Shown piece after piece: positions 8,839 through 20,352 of a DNA stretch of 64,000 nucleotides; positions within the stretch are counted from its first letter, which is position 1, and every line of letters starts with the position of its first letter. This stretch comes from an uncultured Desulfobacter sp. (lineage in GTDB: Bacteria > Desulfobacterota > Desulfobacteria > Desulfobacterales > Desulfobacteraceae). Location of the stretch: NCBI GenBank assembly GCA_963665095.1, contig OY762069.1, positions 2,176,001-2,240,000 on the forward strand, read 5' to 3'. The position numbers and the translations under genes were made by a program. The notes beneath the pieces are model-generated. The model saw only the letters and a program-made list of their open reading frames with translations. It searched no databases and was not told where the DNA came from.

Positions 8839-11800
8839 TTAAACCATGACGGCTGTTTCCCGTCTTGGAATATGAAACAGTGTATTTTCAGGTAACTGCT
8901 TTAAGCCAAGCCCTGAACAAATCAGTTTACGTACCGTCTCAAGCTCCTTTATCGGGGTCTTAGGCCTTGCTGTACGCAGGTACATCTCCCCCCAGGAGTT
9001 GAGATAAATCAATGTAAAATCAGATATCTTACCCGTTGGCCGCAGGGCATAAAAATTAACTGAAACAAAGAGCCTGGCAATAGCCGGTGCCTGCCTTAAG
9101 GCTTCAAAGCTGATGTTTTTTTCGATCACCGGCGTAAAAAAACCATGCATTGCCCTGTACAATTTTTCAATGCTGTCATGGGAGACCTCTGTGGGATTGG
9201 GTGCCATGGCAAGAAAGGTACGGTCTGTGTATAAGTGGTTGTTAATAAGCCATGCGCCGATTTCCTCTAAAGACCCTGCTGTAAGAATGGATTCCTCTCC
9301 TGCCTGCATCTGTTTGGATGGCTTATGGATCAGTTCCCACTGACCGTATTTTTTCCCGGACACGGGCAGGTATTTCAGATACAGCCTTGAAAAATGACGA
9401 TCTCCGCTTGAAATCAGCAGCAGCTTTTTGATCTTTCCCGGCTTATCCTGAAATTGAATATCGACCTTACGCTCCAGCACCATACGGTCCTGGTCCGAAA
9501 TGATCAGCCCTTGGCCCCTTTTTTCAGGAAACCGTTCCTTAAGGTCTTTATACCGGGAGACCATATACTGCTCAATGGTTAAAGAGAGCCGGTGGATGGC
9601 ATCATAGGGCCAGGTCCTGAAGCGGCCGATCTCAAAGACTTTTTCCTGGGACCATCCCCACTCTTTCAGACATCGTTCCAAAAGAATCCTGCGCAGCCCA
9701 AAAACACTGTGATCCAGTTCCGACTGCTTGGACATCCCAAGCTTAAGAAAGAAGCAGGTAAGTATCAATTTAATCGAGCGCTGGTCTCCCAGATTCTCGT
9801 AAAACTGAATCAGCGTGTTGAGCAAAATAATATAAGAGTCGTTCTGACCCGGCTTCAGGTGGGTCCCGGAATTCATCCACTCATTTTTATACTGATTGCA
9901 CAGCATAGGCTCCCGGCCGTAGGTATTGATGTATTTTTCCAGAAGCGCCATTTTAATTACCGACTTAAACGGACTTTTCAGCCATTTGAACATCTGCCAG
10001 ATGGACGCGCCAAAATATTCGTTCCTGGATACCGCATGGATATCCCCGAGATCTATATACCGGTTGGTGCCAGGCAGCCGTGAAATACAGTCAAGTATCA
10101 GGTTGTAGTAGTTAATGCTGATACTGGTGGGCAAGGCTGTCCATAAAGGCAGTTTGCCGGCCACATGAATCATGGTCCGGTAAAACTCCTCCTTAAGCAG
10201 CCGTGCCTGGGCCGTACCGGAACTCTCCTGGGTGGAATCGCCGAAATCATTGTCACGGGCTTTATAGATATCCACTAAAAAAAATGTGACATGGATTTTA
10301 AACCGCTCCCAGGCCATATTTTCCAGACCGTCCAGCTTCTGTCGAAGCAATTTGACAGAAGCCTTCCCCAGACTTTTTTCATCAATGCAGATCCAGTAAT
10401 CTATATCCGATTCCGCTGTCTGGGCCAAAGATCCCACACTGCCCATGGAGTATACAGCCAGAATCCGGGGATCTGCATGGCGCCGGATCAGAGTATGATC
10501 ACGGCCAAGGTAGCGTTCACCGACTTTCCTTGTCTCATTAGACGGCAGATAGTCTGCTATCCCGACAGGCGTATCCGAAGGGAATTTTCCGGTCTCCGCC
10601 ATGGGAATATTTTCATGAATAAGCAGTGGCAGAAGCTGAAAAAAATCAGCCTGTTCCGCTTTAAATACATCAAATGCAGCTAAAAGACTTAACTTATTCT
10701 GTTTCAGAAACCTGGCCTGGCCAAAATGGACAAACTCACAGAAAATCAGCATATTGATTTCATGGGCTACCCTGGGGTCAATCCGTGGCAAATCATTAAA
10801 ACTAAGCTGAAATTCCCGGTCATTATAGTCCATACCCCGGGTACGTAAATCCAGGGCAGCATGGACAGCAAACCGGCAGAACCTGGCCCGGGCATTGGAA
10901 AACTGGGCCATATGCAGACAGGTATTGGCAAAGGAGATAGCGGAAATTCTTGCATGGGCAAATACGGCGCAGGTCAGATTGGCATCGTTAAATGAAGATT
11001 TGGAAACAACGGCCTGGATAAAAATACCATCCGTAAAATCTGTCCCGTTGAAATTGCAATTATAAAAAGAGGCATTCTGAAAGCTACACTGCAGGAACCT
11101 TGCCTTCTGGGCAGATACATTGACAAATACTGCATTGTCAAAGCAGGTCTGTTCAAAAACTGCGTCATCCATATTCATATTATAAAACAGTGCAGACCGG
11201 CACGAACCGCCTGAAACACAGATCCCGTTCATAAATGTATTTATGATCTGAGCATGTTTCATATTAAACACAGAAGAAGAGGTATCAAGTCCGGACAAAT
11301 CCCTGTCCCGGATAACTGCATGCTGAAGATTCAAGTCTGCAGGAATAATATGGTTTTCTAAATCCTCCAGTTTCTTTTGAACCGGATCCCTAAGTATGGA
11401 TTTAAAAAGCGTGGCCACAGTTTTTTTTTCAGGCATATCTGTGTGCACATCCTCAAAAAAGGCGGCAATGCTCCTGCGTTCCTTGACCAGCAGATTCTGG
11501 GTTTTTTTCATGAGCCGGTCCACCTCTTTTACAAGCTGCTCAGAACCACAGATATCTCTGTTGTCTTTTAAAATTCTGACCACCCGTTCAGGACGTTTTT
11601 TGATCATGCCGAAAATACATGCCAGGTTCACATCATAATTATTGCCCTCATAGGCGCTCTTATTTAAGGCAATGTCCTGCATCGCAAAAAAAGAGAGTCT
11701 GGTCAGGTCGGAAATTTCCATATGGATAATGGGAATGATGGAGGGATAGGTGCCACGCACCATTTCCATAAGCTTGTGAAAAGGGTATCTGCCGGTCACT

Positions 11801-12720
11801 ACCAGGGCCTTAAAAGCAGCCATGGCCTCGCGGGTATCAGCATGTCGAAACTGTTGGAATACCGGCTCAAACATGTCAGGATACTGCCCCAGGGATGAAT
11901 TTTCGATCAGGCTGTAAACCGCCATTCTGACCTTTTTAACAGTATTGCCGGACAGCGCTGATTTCAAAATCGGCAGCGGCATTCCGGTCCGCATCATTGA
12001 GATGGCTTTAAGGCCGGTAATCCTGATATCAGGATCCAACGACAGCAAATTGACATCCTCAATCCGGAAGGGATCTCGTAATGATGCATCAATATTGTTT
12101 AAAAACGGATCAACATCGCGGGTCCGGTCAAAAAGACCGGCATAATACCAGGTAACGGCATCACGCTGTTTTATGCCTGCAAGCACGTACCTGAACAGAC
12201 GTGCAAACCGAAAACGGATAGCCGGGTCTGCCTGCAGATACTGGTCTGCAAAAATCAGGCGCAGTTTGTCATCCACATCCTTCATCGCTGTTTTTATAAC
12301 ATCTTCTGACACCCGCTCCAGATACAGGGCTTTAAATGCAAAAAAGGCACCGGGCCCGCCAAGATTCATCAGGGCCTGAACCAGAACGGTTTTATCTGAA
12401 AATGCCATCTGAATGTTGATCTGCCGGTAAATCCGCGCACTGGCACAAAGGGCGTCAATTTCAGCTTGCTTTAAACTGTCCCGGCTGGAAGGCGTTTCCA
12501 AGACCGTCCAGATGCCGCAAGTCACCTCCGACAAGCTTTTTCTGCCAGCCTCACGTAAGGGATAATGGACAGAAAAAATGCTATTCAAAATAGGTAAGAA
12601 GGCAAGGTCAACAGGAAGTTCAGGGGCCTTTCGAATCAGACTGACCTGCTGGTCTCTATCAAGGCCGCTCCAGTGGTCCTCAAAGGTGTCAATATCGAAT
12701 CCAGGGCTTGCTTCATCCAT
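8839..12720 (-). CDS. Class I adenylate cyclase with N-terminal helical-repeat region and pentapeptide-repeat domain
   Basis: YSMGSVGSLAQTAESDIDYWIC, SSGTAQARLLKEEFYRT, EYFGASIWQ, SPFKSVIK, NSWGE; about 20 consecutive pentapeptides at ~10800-11340. Confidence 0.85.
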   Translation of the reverse strand: MDEASPGFDIDTFEDHWSGLDRDQQVSLIRKAPELPVDLAFLPILNSIFSVHYPLREAGRKSLSEVTCGIWTVLETPSSRDSLKQAEIDALCASARIYRQINIQMAFSDKTVLVQALMNLGGPGAFFAFKALYLERVSEDVIKTAMKDVDDKLRLIFADQYLQADPAIRFRFARLFRYVLAGIKQRDAVTWYYAGLFDRTRDVDPFLNNIDASLRDPFRIEDVNLLSLDPDIRITGLKAISMMRTGMPLPILKSALSGNTVKKVRMAVYSLIENSSLGQYPDMFEPVFQQFRHADTREAMAAFKALVVTGRYPFHKLMEMVRGTYPSIIPIIHMEISDLTRLSFFAMQDIALNKSAYEGNNYDVNLACIFGMIKKRPERVVRILKDNRDICGSEQLVKEVDRLMKKTQNLLVKERRSIAAFFEDVHTDMPEKKTVATLFKSILRDPVQKKLEDLENHIIPADLNLQHAVIRDRDLSGLDTSSSVFNMKHAQIINTFMNGICVSGGSCRSALFYNMNMDDAVFEQTCFDNAVFVNVSAQKARFLQCSFQNASFYNCNFNGTDFTDGIFIQAVVSKSSFNDANLTCAVFAHARISAISFANTCLHMAQFSNARARFCRFAVHAALDLRTRGMDYNDREFQLSFNDLPRIDPRVAHEINMLIFCEFVHFGQARFLKQNKLSLLAAFDVFKAEQADFFQLLPLLIHENIPMAETGKFPSDTPVGIADYLPSNETRKVGERYLGRDHTLIRRHADPRILAVYSMGSVGSLAQTAESDIDYWICIDEKSLGKASVKLLRQKLDGLENMAWERFKIHVTFFLVDIYKARDNDFGDSTQESSGTAQARLLKEEFYRTMIHVAGKLPLWTALPTSISINYYNLILDCISRLPGTNRYIDLGDIHAVSRNEYFGASIWQMFKWLKSPFKSVIKMALLEKYINTYGREPMLCNQYKNEWMNSGTHLKPGQNDSYIILLNTLIQFYENLGDQRSIKLILTCFFLKLGMSKQSELDHSVFGLRRILLERCLKEWGWSQEKVFEIGRFRTWPYDAIHRLSLTIEQYMVSRYKDLKERFPEKRGQGLIISDQDRMVLERKVDIQFQDKPGKIKKLLLISSGDRHFSRLYLKYLPVSGKKYGQWELIHKPSKQMQAGEESILTAGSLEEIGAWLINNHLYTDRTFLAMAPNPTEVSHDSIEKLYRAMHGFFTPVIEKNISFEALRQAPAIARLFVSVNFYALRPTGKISDFTLIYLNSWGEMYLRTARPKTPIKELETVRKLICSGLGLKQLPENTLFHIPRRETAVMV

Positions 12721-12825
12721 AATTTAATGTCACGCCGGGGTATATTTTCATTTAAAAGTGGTATAAAAGTAAGTTTATTTTTTTCACATACGCTTCAATT
12801 TTGTATATCATACCAGAATAGTTTT

Positions 12826-14892
12826 ATGAAATTATTTGATGACAGAGCACAGACAGCAGACAAGACCTATGACGCCCAGTCCATAGAGGTGTTAAAAGGG
12901 CTGGATCCGGTCAGACGCCGCCCCGGCATGTACACTGATACCTCAAGCCCGGACCATCTGGCCTTTGAGGTGATTGACAACAGCGTGGATGAGGCCATTG
13001 CAGGTCATGCCACACGCATTGATGTTACCCTGACAAAGGACAACCGGGTGATTGTATCGGATAACGGCCGGGGAATGCCGGTGGATATCCATCCCCAGGA
13101 GGGCATATCCGGGGTGGAGCTGATCATGACCAAACTGCATGCCGGGGCCAAGTTCTCATCCAAGGATTATGCGTTTTCAGGGGGGCTGCACGGGGTGGGT
13201 GTTTCTGTGGTCAATGCCCTTTCCCTTAAACTGACCATAAACATTCAACGCAATGGTCAGATCTACTGCATCGAATTTCAGAACGGCAACAAAAGCCGGG
13301 ACCTTGAGGTGACTGGGAAAGCCGCCCATACCGGTACCACACTGGCATTTAAACCCGATCCTGCCTATTTTGATACGGATCAGTTCAATGCAAAAACTAT
13401 CCAGGCTGCACTGAAATCCAAGGCAGTGCTGTGCCAGGGCCTTACCACCAGTTTCACTTTAGAGGAAACCGGAGAAATCTTTACCTGGCATTACAACCAG
13501 GGCCTTGATGAATATTTAAAAGAGATGATTGCCGGCAAAGAGCCCCTGTTCCCCGCCCCGTTCACAGGTGCCGTGGATAACGATGAATTCCAGGCGGCAT
13601 GGGCGGTGAACTGGGGCAATGACGAAGCACTTGACCTTGAGGAGAGCTATGTCAACCTGATTCCCACAAAATTGGGCGGCACCCATGTCAACGGATTCAG
13701 ATCCGGGCTCCTTGAATCGGTAAAGGAGTTCTGTAAATTTCGAAACCTGCTGCCGAAAGGTGTTTTCCTGACTCCTGAGGACATCTGGCTTAATGTGGGC
13801 TATGTACTGTCGGTCAAGCTGGTGGAGGCTCAGTTTTCAAGCCAGACAAAAGAACGGCTCTCATCACGGCACTGCGCCAATCTTGTTAATATCAATGTCC
13901 GGGATACCTTCAGTCTCTGGCTGAATCAGAATGTGGCCTTAGGGGAAGCCCTGGCCCAGGCCGCCATTGAAAACGCCCGGAACCGGGAAAGAAAGCGCAA
14001 AAAAGTGACGCTGAAAACCCGGACCAGCGGCATCTCACTGCCGGCCAAACTGTCTGACTGCACCAGTGACGATCAAAAACAAAGGGAACTGTTCTTTGTG
14101 GAGGGAGATTCCGCGGGCGGCTCTGCCAAGCAGGCCAGGGACCGCCGGTTTCAGGCTATCATGCCCCTGCGCGGCAAAATCTTGAATACCTGGGATGCAA
14201 GTTCCTCATCCATCCTTGAATCCAAGGAGATCCGGGATATTTCCCAGGTATTGGGTGTGGTACCGGGTGCCAAAGATATTTCAAAACTTAGATACAACAA
14301 ACTGTGCATTCTGGCAGATGCTGACTCGGACGGGCTCCACATCGCCACCCTGCTGTGCGCCCTGTTTCTGAGGCATTTTCCCGAAGTCGTGCGCCAGGGG
14401 CATGTGTTTGTGGCCATGCCCCCGCTATACCGCATTGATATGGGCAAAGAGGTGTTCTATGCCCTGGACGATTCTGAAAAAAGCGCTATTATAAAGCGAC
14501 TGAACCGTAGAAAAAAACCGTCAAAAATTAATATCCAGCGGTTCAAGGGTTTAGGTGAAATGAACCCGTCCCAGCTTCGCGAAACCACGATTGCTCCAGA
14601 CTCCAGGCGCCTGGTTCAGCTGACAGTGGAACCTGACTCCATGGCAGGCAAGCCGGGGGAGGCGGGCAATTCTGAGGAGGGAAAAGTCAAACCGATTAAT
14701 GATACGCAACCTGCAGACCAGGAAGCACCCGGCCTGGATGAAACAGCTGACTCCCCTTCAGGCAATATCGAGCAGTCTGCAAATACATCAGATCAGGATG
14801 TAATTCAGATCATGGATATGCTGCTGAGTAAAAAAAGAGCCAGGGACCGGAAAAACTGGATCGAAACCCATGGCGTAATCAAAGAGATGTAA
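12826..14892 (+). CDS. parE: DNA topoisomerase IV subunit B
   Basis: RRRPGMYT, EVIDNSVDE, GGLHGVG, EGDSAGGSAK, PLRGKILN, DADSDG, QRFKGLGEM; ATG 12826 fits better than the 12673 start. Confidence 0.93.
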   Translation: MKLFDDRAQTADKTYDAQSIEVLKGLDPVRRRPGMYTDTSSPDHLAFEVIDNSVDEAIAGHATRIDVTLTKDNRVIVSDNGRGMPVDIHPQEGISGVELIMTKLHAGAKFSSKDYAFSGGLHGVGVSVVNALSLKLTINIQRNGQIYCIEFQNGNKSRDLEVTGKAAHTGTTLAFKPDPAYFDTDQFNAKTIQAALKSKAVLCQGLTTSFTLEETGEIFTWHYNQGLDEYLKEMIAGKEPLFPAPFTGAVDNDEFQAAWAVNWGNDEALDLEESYVNLIPTKLGGTHVNGFRSGLLESVKEFCKFRNLLPKGVFLTPEDIWLNVGYVLSVKLVEAQFSSQTKERLSSRHCANLVNINVRDTFSLWLNQNVALGEALAQAAIENARNRERKRKKVTLKTRTSGISLPAKLSDCTSDDQKQRELFFVEGDSAGGSAKQARDRRFQAIMPLRGKILNTWDASSSSILESKEIRDISQVLGVVPGAKDISKLRYNKLCILADADSDGLHIATLLCALFLRHFPEVVRQGHVFVAMPPLYRIDMGKEVFYALDDSEKSAIIKRLNRRKKPSKINIQRFKGLGEMNPSQLRETTIAPDSRRLVQLTVEPDSMAGKPGEAGNSEEGKVKPINDTQPADQEAPGLDETADSPSGNIEQSANTSDQDVIQIMDMLLSKKRARDRKNWIETHGVIKEM

Positions 14893-14895
14893 CAA

Positions 14896-17172
14896 ATGAC
14901 CCAGACCAGCCAAGTTGAAGAGTTTGAAACCCTGCCCTTCCAGGATTTTGCCCAGAATGCCTATCTGAACTACTCCATGTATGTAATTCTGGACCGGGCG
15001 CTTCCCCATATCGGGGACGGGCTGAAACCGGTCCAGCGCAGAATTATTTACTCCATGAGCCAGTTAGGGCTCTCCTCCACGGCCAAATTCAAAAAATCCG
15101 CCAGAACTGTGGGAGATGTCCTAGGCAAATTCCATCCCCATGGAGATTCGGCCTGTTACGAGGCCATGGTGCTGATGGCCCAGCCCTTCTCCCTGAGATA
15201 TCCTTTGGTGGACGGCCAGGGCAACTGGGGAGACCCCAATGACCCCAAGTCCTTTGCAGCCATGCGGTACACCGAATCCCGCCTTTCCAGGTATGCAAAG
15301 CTCCTGCTGGATGAACTGGAACAGGGCACCGTGGCATGGGTGCCCAATTTTGACGGCACCCTGGATGAACCATCTCTTTTGCCCGCACGCCTGCCAAACC
15401 TGCTGCTCAACGGCACCACCGGCATTGCTGTTGGTATGGCCACATCCATCCCGCCACATAATCTGCGTGAAGTAGCAAAGGCGCTGATCCATCTCATTGA
15501 AAACGAAGATGCCGGAATTGCCGATATCTGCAAATTCATCAAAGGCCCGGATTTCCCCACTGAAGCCGAAATCATCACGCCGGCGGAAGAGATTACTGAA
15601 ATTTACGAGAAAGGCGGGGGCCGGGTAAAGATGCGGGCCAGGTATGTCATAGAGGACGGTGATCTTGTATTTACTGCCCTTCCCTTCCATGCCTCGGCTG
15701 AAAAAATCTACGAACAGATCGCGGCCCAGATCAGCGCAAAAAAACTGCCCATGGTGTCGGACATAAGGGATGAATCCGACCACGAAGATCCAACACGCCT
15801 GGTAATTATTCCCCGGTCCAACCGCGTGGATCTTAACGCCCTGGCTGACCATCTGTTTGCCACCACAGATCTTGAAAAAAATTTTTCAGTGAACATGAAC
15901 ATGATCGGCCTTGACGGCCGGCCCGGCGTGAAGAATCTAAAAACCGTCCTGTCAGAATGGCTGGTCTTCCGAAGGGAAACCATTGAAAAAAAATTGACAT
16001 TCCGGCTGGATAAAATCATCAACCGCCTGCACCTTCTTGAAGGGTTTAAAATTGTTTATCTCAACCTTGATAAGGTGATTGAGATTATCCGGAATGCCGA
16101 TGACCCCGCAAGGGCTCTTATGAAAACATTCGGGCTCACCGAGATCCAGACCAAAGCCATTCTGGAGATCCGTCTGCGCCAGCTGGCCAGGATGGAGGAA
16201 ATTAAAATTATTGAAGAGATGGAAGGCCTCAACAAAGAGAAGGATGAACTGGAGACGCTTTTAAATTCTTCGAAAGCGTTCAAGGCCTTTATGATCAAAG
16301 AAATTGAAGAGGATGCCAAAAACTTTGGGGATAAGCGAAGGTCCCCCATCAAAGAACGCAAAGATGCAGAAGCATTCTCCGCAACGGACGTGCTGGAGGC
16401 GGAACCGGTGACTATTATCCTGTCCGCTAACGGGTGGATCAGGGCGGCCAAGGGCCATGACATAGACCCTGAAAACGTCAAGTTCAGAACCGGGGATCAT
16501 CTGCTGAGCCATTTGCGCACCCGCTCGGATATGCCCATTGTACTCATTGATACCACTGGCCGCAGCTATACGCTTTTTTCCCACGCCCTGCCCTCGGCCC
16601 GGGGTAATGGCGAACCGGTCACCGGACATTTAACCCTGGCCCCGGATGCCGTCATCGGGCATATGCTCTCTGCCCAGGAAGAGGATCTGTTTCTGGTTGG
16701 TGCAGATAACGGTTATGGTTTCATTATCAAATTTAACGATTTTCTAACCAATTATAAAAACGGCAAGGCATTGATCACCGTCCCTAAAGACTGTCTGCCG
16801 GTTGACCCTCTTTTGATTCCTGATATCAATAAAGACAATGTACTTGCTGTCACCAACCGGGGCCGTATGCTGATCTTCAGCATCAACCAGCTGCCCCGCC
16901 TGAAAAAAGGCAAGGGTAATAAAATTATTCATATTCCTTCTCCCGGCAAGGGCCAGACAGATCGGGAAAAGCTTAAGTTTCTTAAAATATTGCCTTTAAA
17001 CTCAAACCTTGTTATACATGCGGGCAAACATTTCCTGCGGCTGACCCCGGGCAACCAGACAGATTATGAAAGCACCCGGGGACGAAGGGGGAAATTGCTT
17101 CCCCGGGGATACAGGACGGTTGATAATATTGAAATTATTCCCCTCCAGCCGCCAGATAATACGGATTCATGA
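14896..17172 (+). CDS. parC: DNA topoisomerase IV subunit A
   Basis: [46 protein letters not shown]; no GyrA box seen. Confidence 0.95.
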   Translation: MTQTSQVEEFETLPFQDFAQNAYLNYSMYVILDRALPHIGDGLKPVQRRIIYSMSQLGLSSTAKFKKSARTVGDVLGKFHPHGDSACYEAMVLMAQPFSLRYPLVDGQGNWGDPNDPKSFAAMRYTESRLSRYAKLLLDELEQGTVAWVPNFDGTLDEPSLLPARLPNLLLNGTTGIAVGMATSIPPHNLREVAKALIHLIENEDAGIADICKFIKGPDFPTEAEIITPAEEITEIYEKGGGRVKMRARYVIEDGDLVFTALPFHASAEKIYEQIAAQISAKKLPMVSDIRDESDHEDPTRLVIIPRSNRVDLNALADHLFATTDLEKNFSVNMNMIGLDGRPGVKNLKTVLSEWLVFRRETIEKKLTFRLDKIINRLHLLEGFKIVYLNLDKVIEIIRNADDPARALMKTFGLTEIQTKAILEIRLRQLARMEEIKIIEEMEGLNKEKDELETLLNSSKAFKAFMIKEIEEDAKNFGDKRRSPIKERKDAEAFSATDVLEAEPVTIILSANGWIRAAKGHDIDPENVKFRTGDHLLSHLRTRSDMPIVLIDTTGRSYTLFSHALPSARGNGEPVTGHLTLAPDAVIGHMLSAQEEDLFLVGADNGYGFIIKFNDFLTNYKNGKALITVPKDCLPVDPLLIPDINKDNVLAVTNRGRMLIFSINQLPRLKKGKGNKIIHIPSPGKGQTDREKLKFLKILPLNSNLVIHAGKHFLRLTPGNQTDYESTRGRRGKLLPRGYRTVDNIEIIPLQPPDNTDS

Positions 17173-18560
17173 AATTATTTTTTAAAAAATATTTTATTTT
17201 CTTTGTTCTTATATTTGTAACCCTGGGGTTTACGGGATTTGCCGCATTGATCCACAACCAGGAGATCGGCCGACATCAGAACACGGTCGAAAAAATACAA
17301 AAAACCGGCAAGCTGCGCCTGATAACGACCATGGCGGTGAACACCTATTATCTGTACAACAATCAGCCCACCGGGTTTGAATATGATCTGGCCTGTGAGT
17401 TTGCAAAATTTTTAAATGTGGAAATTGATGTTATCACGCCCGGCTGGAACAACATGTTTGACTATCTTCGACAGGGCAAAGGCGATTTTATCGCTGCAGG
17501 GCTCTCCATTACATCCCAGCGTCTGGAATATGCTGAATTTTCCATTCCGTATATGACAATCCAGCAGCGTGTTATCCATCACAACCTGGTTTTCGGGCCC
17601 AAAGACATTAAAGATATGGAATACAGGACCTTCCATGTCAGACGCGGAACCTCGTATCATTACCGGCTTGCGGAACTTAAAGCCTCTGGCGTGGATCTGG
17701 AGTATGTGCTGCACAGGAATACCCCGACAGAGGAGCTTATCGGTATGGTGCACGACAGGGAAATCAAGTTTACCATTGCCGATTCAAATATTGCGCTGCT
17801 CAATCGGCGGTACTTTCCGGACATCCGCATCGGCATTCCCATCCAGGAGCGTGAATCCCTGGCCTGGGCGGTGCGCAGAAATGATACCGAAATGCTCAAA
17901 CAGGTTAATAAATTCTTTTTATATGCCATTAACACTGGTATTTTAAAACAGATTACAGCCAGGTATTATGACAATATAGAAAACTTTGATGCATATGAGC
18001 TTAAAAAGTTCCATGAACGGATCGAAACCAGGCTGCCGAAATTTAAAGATGCGATCAAGGAAGAATCAGGCAAATACGGATTTGACTGGCGGCTGGTGGC
18101 GGCAATGATCTATCAGGAATCCCATTTTAACCCCAAAGCCAGGAGCTTTACCAATGTCCGGGGGCTTATGCAGGTCACCACGGATACAGCAGAAGAGATG
18201 GGCATTAAAAACCACAGGGACCCCAACCAGAGCATCCGGGCCGGAATTAAATATCTCTCTTTGATGTACAGCCGGTTTGACTACATGGAAAACAAATACC
18301 AGCGGCTTTTATTCGCCCTGGCAAGTTATAATATCGGATATGGCCATGTTCAGGATGCCATCTCCCTTGCGCACGAGCAGGGACTTGAGGCAACTACATG
18401 GAAAGACCTGAAAACCGTGTTACCCCTGTTGTCCAAGGCAAAATACTATAATAAAACCCAATACGGATACGCCAGGGGCTGGGAACCAGTTCGTTATGTT
18501 GAACGTATTTTGACCTATTTCGATATACTTAAACAAAAAAAAGTGGCTTTGGCCGGCTGA
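17169..18560 (+). CDS. mltF: Membrane-bound lytic murein transglycosylase F
   Basis: N-terminal PBP domain (GFEYDLA) plus SLT domain [22 protein letters not shown]. Confidence 0.9.
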   Translation: MKLFFKKYFIFFVLIFVTLGFTGFAALIHNQEIGRHQNTVEKIQKTGKLRLITTMAVNTYYLYNNQPTGFEYDLACEFAKFLNVEIDVITPGWNNMFDYLRQGKGDFIAAGLSITSQRLEYAEFSIPYMTIQQRVIHHNLVFGPKDIKDMEYRTFHVRRGTSYHYRLAELKASGVDLEYVLHRNTPTEELIGMVHDREIKFTIADSNIALLNRRYFPDIRIGIPIQERESLAWAVRRNDTEMLKQVNKFFLYAINTGILKQITARYYDNIENFDAYELKKFHERIETRLPKFKDAIKEESGKYGFDWRLVAAMIYQESHFNPKARSFTNVRGLMQVTTDTAEEMGIKNHRDPNQSIRAGIKYLSLMYSRFDYMENKYQRLLFALASYNIGYGHVQDAISLAHEQGLEATTWKDLKTVLPLLSKAKYYNKTQYGYARGWEPVRYVERILTYFDILKQKKVALAG

Positions 18561-18676
18561 TGCGCAACACCACAGGGCTGCTTAAATATAGACAGACACA
18601 TCCTTAAGACCTTGATTTCTTAATCTTAGCAGGTTTTTTTGGAAGTTACCAAATTCTAAAACAAAATGAGACCGTA

Positions 18677-20140
18677 ATGACAAGAAAGATTCTTATCAAT
18701 GCAATGGATCCGGAAGAAAACCGCATTGCCATGGTTTTCGACAATAAACTGGATCAATTCCACATTGAAACAGCTGCAAAAGCTGTGACCAAAGGAAACA
18801 TCTACAAAGGTGTTGTCACCCGGGTAGAGCCCAGTCTTCAGGCCGTATTTGTGGACTATGGGGCTGAAAAAAACGGGTTCCTTCAAAAAAATGAAATTCA
18901 CCCGGATTATTTCCAGGCCGTTGAAAAAAGCGAACGTTCCCTGTTCAACCTGATTAAAAAGGGTCAGGAGATAATTGTCCAGGTCACCAAAGACCCCATT
19001 AACTTAAAAGGCGCCATGCTGACCACCTACATCTCGCTTCCCGGACGATTCGGGGTACTGATGCCGGGTAACAATACCAGGGGGGTCTCCCGTAAAATCC
19101 TAGAGGAAGATGAACGCAAACGACTGGTGGGGATTCTCAAGAGCATGAAAATTCCCGAAGGGTTCGGGATGATTGCCAGAACCGCAGGCAAAGGTGCTAC
19201 CAAAACCCTTTTGATTTCAGATCTGAAATACCTGATGCGGGTCTGGAAAAACATAGACAAGCAGGCCATGGAGCAACAGGCACCCTGTCTTCTTTACAAG
19301 GAGCAAAGCCTGGCTGTGCGATCACTCAGGGATTATTTCACCACAGATATCAAGGAGATCCTGATCGACAACCCGGACACCTACAAAGAAGTCAGCGAGT
19401 TCATCGGGATGATCGCCCCCAAACTGAAAAGGATTGTCCGGCTTTTCAAAGGCGAAAAACCCATCTTCACTAAATACCAGCTTGAAGAACAGATCTCCTC
19501 CATCTACCGCAGGGAGGTTCAGCTTAAATCGGGCGGGTTTCTGGTGATTGAACAGACAGAAGCCCTGGTCTCCATTGATGTGAACTCTGGAAAATCCACA
19601 CAGAAAAGCAGTATTGAAGAGACCGCCTACTACACCAATCTTGAGGCAGCCGAGGAAGTGGCCAGACAGTTACGGCTGAGGGATATGGGGGGGCTTATTG
19701 TCGTGGATTTTATTGATATGAGAGAGCGGCGGCACAAGGCTGAAATCACCAAAAATTTAAAAAAACATCTGAAAACAGATAAAGCAAAAACCAAGGTGGG
19801 CGGCATAACGGCATTCGGCCTTCTGGAGATGTCCCGCCAAAGAATCCGGCACTCCATCACCTATGGTGCCTATGAAACCTGCAGGCACTGCAACGGCCGT
19901 GGCATGACCCCGTCCGTTGAGACCCAGGGACTTGCCATCTTGCGACAATTATCGTTGAAGACCCTTAAATCGGAAACTGGGCACAAATTTATATGCAGGG
20001 TTCCTGAGGATGTGGCCTACTATATGCTGAACACCAAACGGGAAGAGTTGCTTGAGCTGGAAACCAAACGACAGGTTGCCATAAATATAGAAATAGACAA
20101 CCGCCTGGTATCGGGGCAGAGCAATATTAACCAAATTTAG
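18677..20140 (+). CDS. Rne/Rng family ribonuclease (catalytic domain only)
   Basis: GNIYKG, SLQAVFVDYG, IDVNSG, LRLRDMGGLIVVDFID, CxxCxGRG. Confidence 0.93.
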   Translation: MTRKILINAMDPEENRIAMVFDNKLDQFHIETAAKAVTKGNIYKGVVTRVEPSLQAVFVDYGAEKNGFLQKNEIHPDYFQAVEKSERSLFNLIKKGQEIIVQVTKDPINLKGAMLTTYISLPGRFGVLMPGNNTRGVSRKILEEDERKRLVGILKSMKIPEGFGMIARTAGKGATKTLLISDLKYLMRVWKNIDKQAMEQQAPCLLYKEQSLAVRSLRDYFTTDIKEILIDNPDTYKEVSEFIGMIAPKLKRIVRLFKGEKPIFTKYQLEEQISSIYRREVQLKSGGFLVIEQTEALVSIDVNSGKSTQKSSIEETAYYTNLEAAEEVARQLRLRDMGGLIVVDFIDMRERRHKAEITKNLKKHLKTDKAKTKVGGITAFGLLEMSRQRIRHSITYGAYETCRHCNGRGMTPSVETQGLAILRQLSLKTLKSETGHKFICRVPEDVAYYMLNTKREELLELETKRQVAINIEIDNRLVSGQSNINQI

Positions 20141-20352
20141 TATGAAAAACCGAATTCCCCTTTAAGCAAAAGACTTTAACAGGCATAAATAACTTATGAC
20201 TTATTTATATCATCGTTATTATGTCTGACTATTGTGTTTAAATACATATATGCAGTGCAATCCGTCTTCATGTAACCAGAAAAGGCTGCCTTGACAATAT
20301 CTGCATTTTTGTTGTATCTGAAACAACTTTAAGGAAGTTTAAAGGAGAGCCC

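Noticed and set aside
12673..12825. Extended N-terminus of ParE from the ORF track
   Set aside because: Overlaps the divergent cyclase start and AT-rich promoter region; homology begins after ATG 12826
13820..13829. TGGTGGAGGC matching the ssrA 3' end as a second att site
   Set aside because: Only 10 bp, inside parE and on the wrong side of ssrA; consistent with chance
14632..14787. Intein or mobile insertion in parE
   Set aside because: No Cys/Ser start with His-Asn end, too short, no flanking repeats
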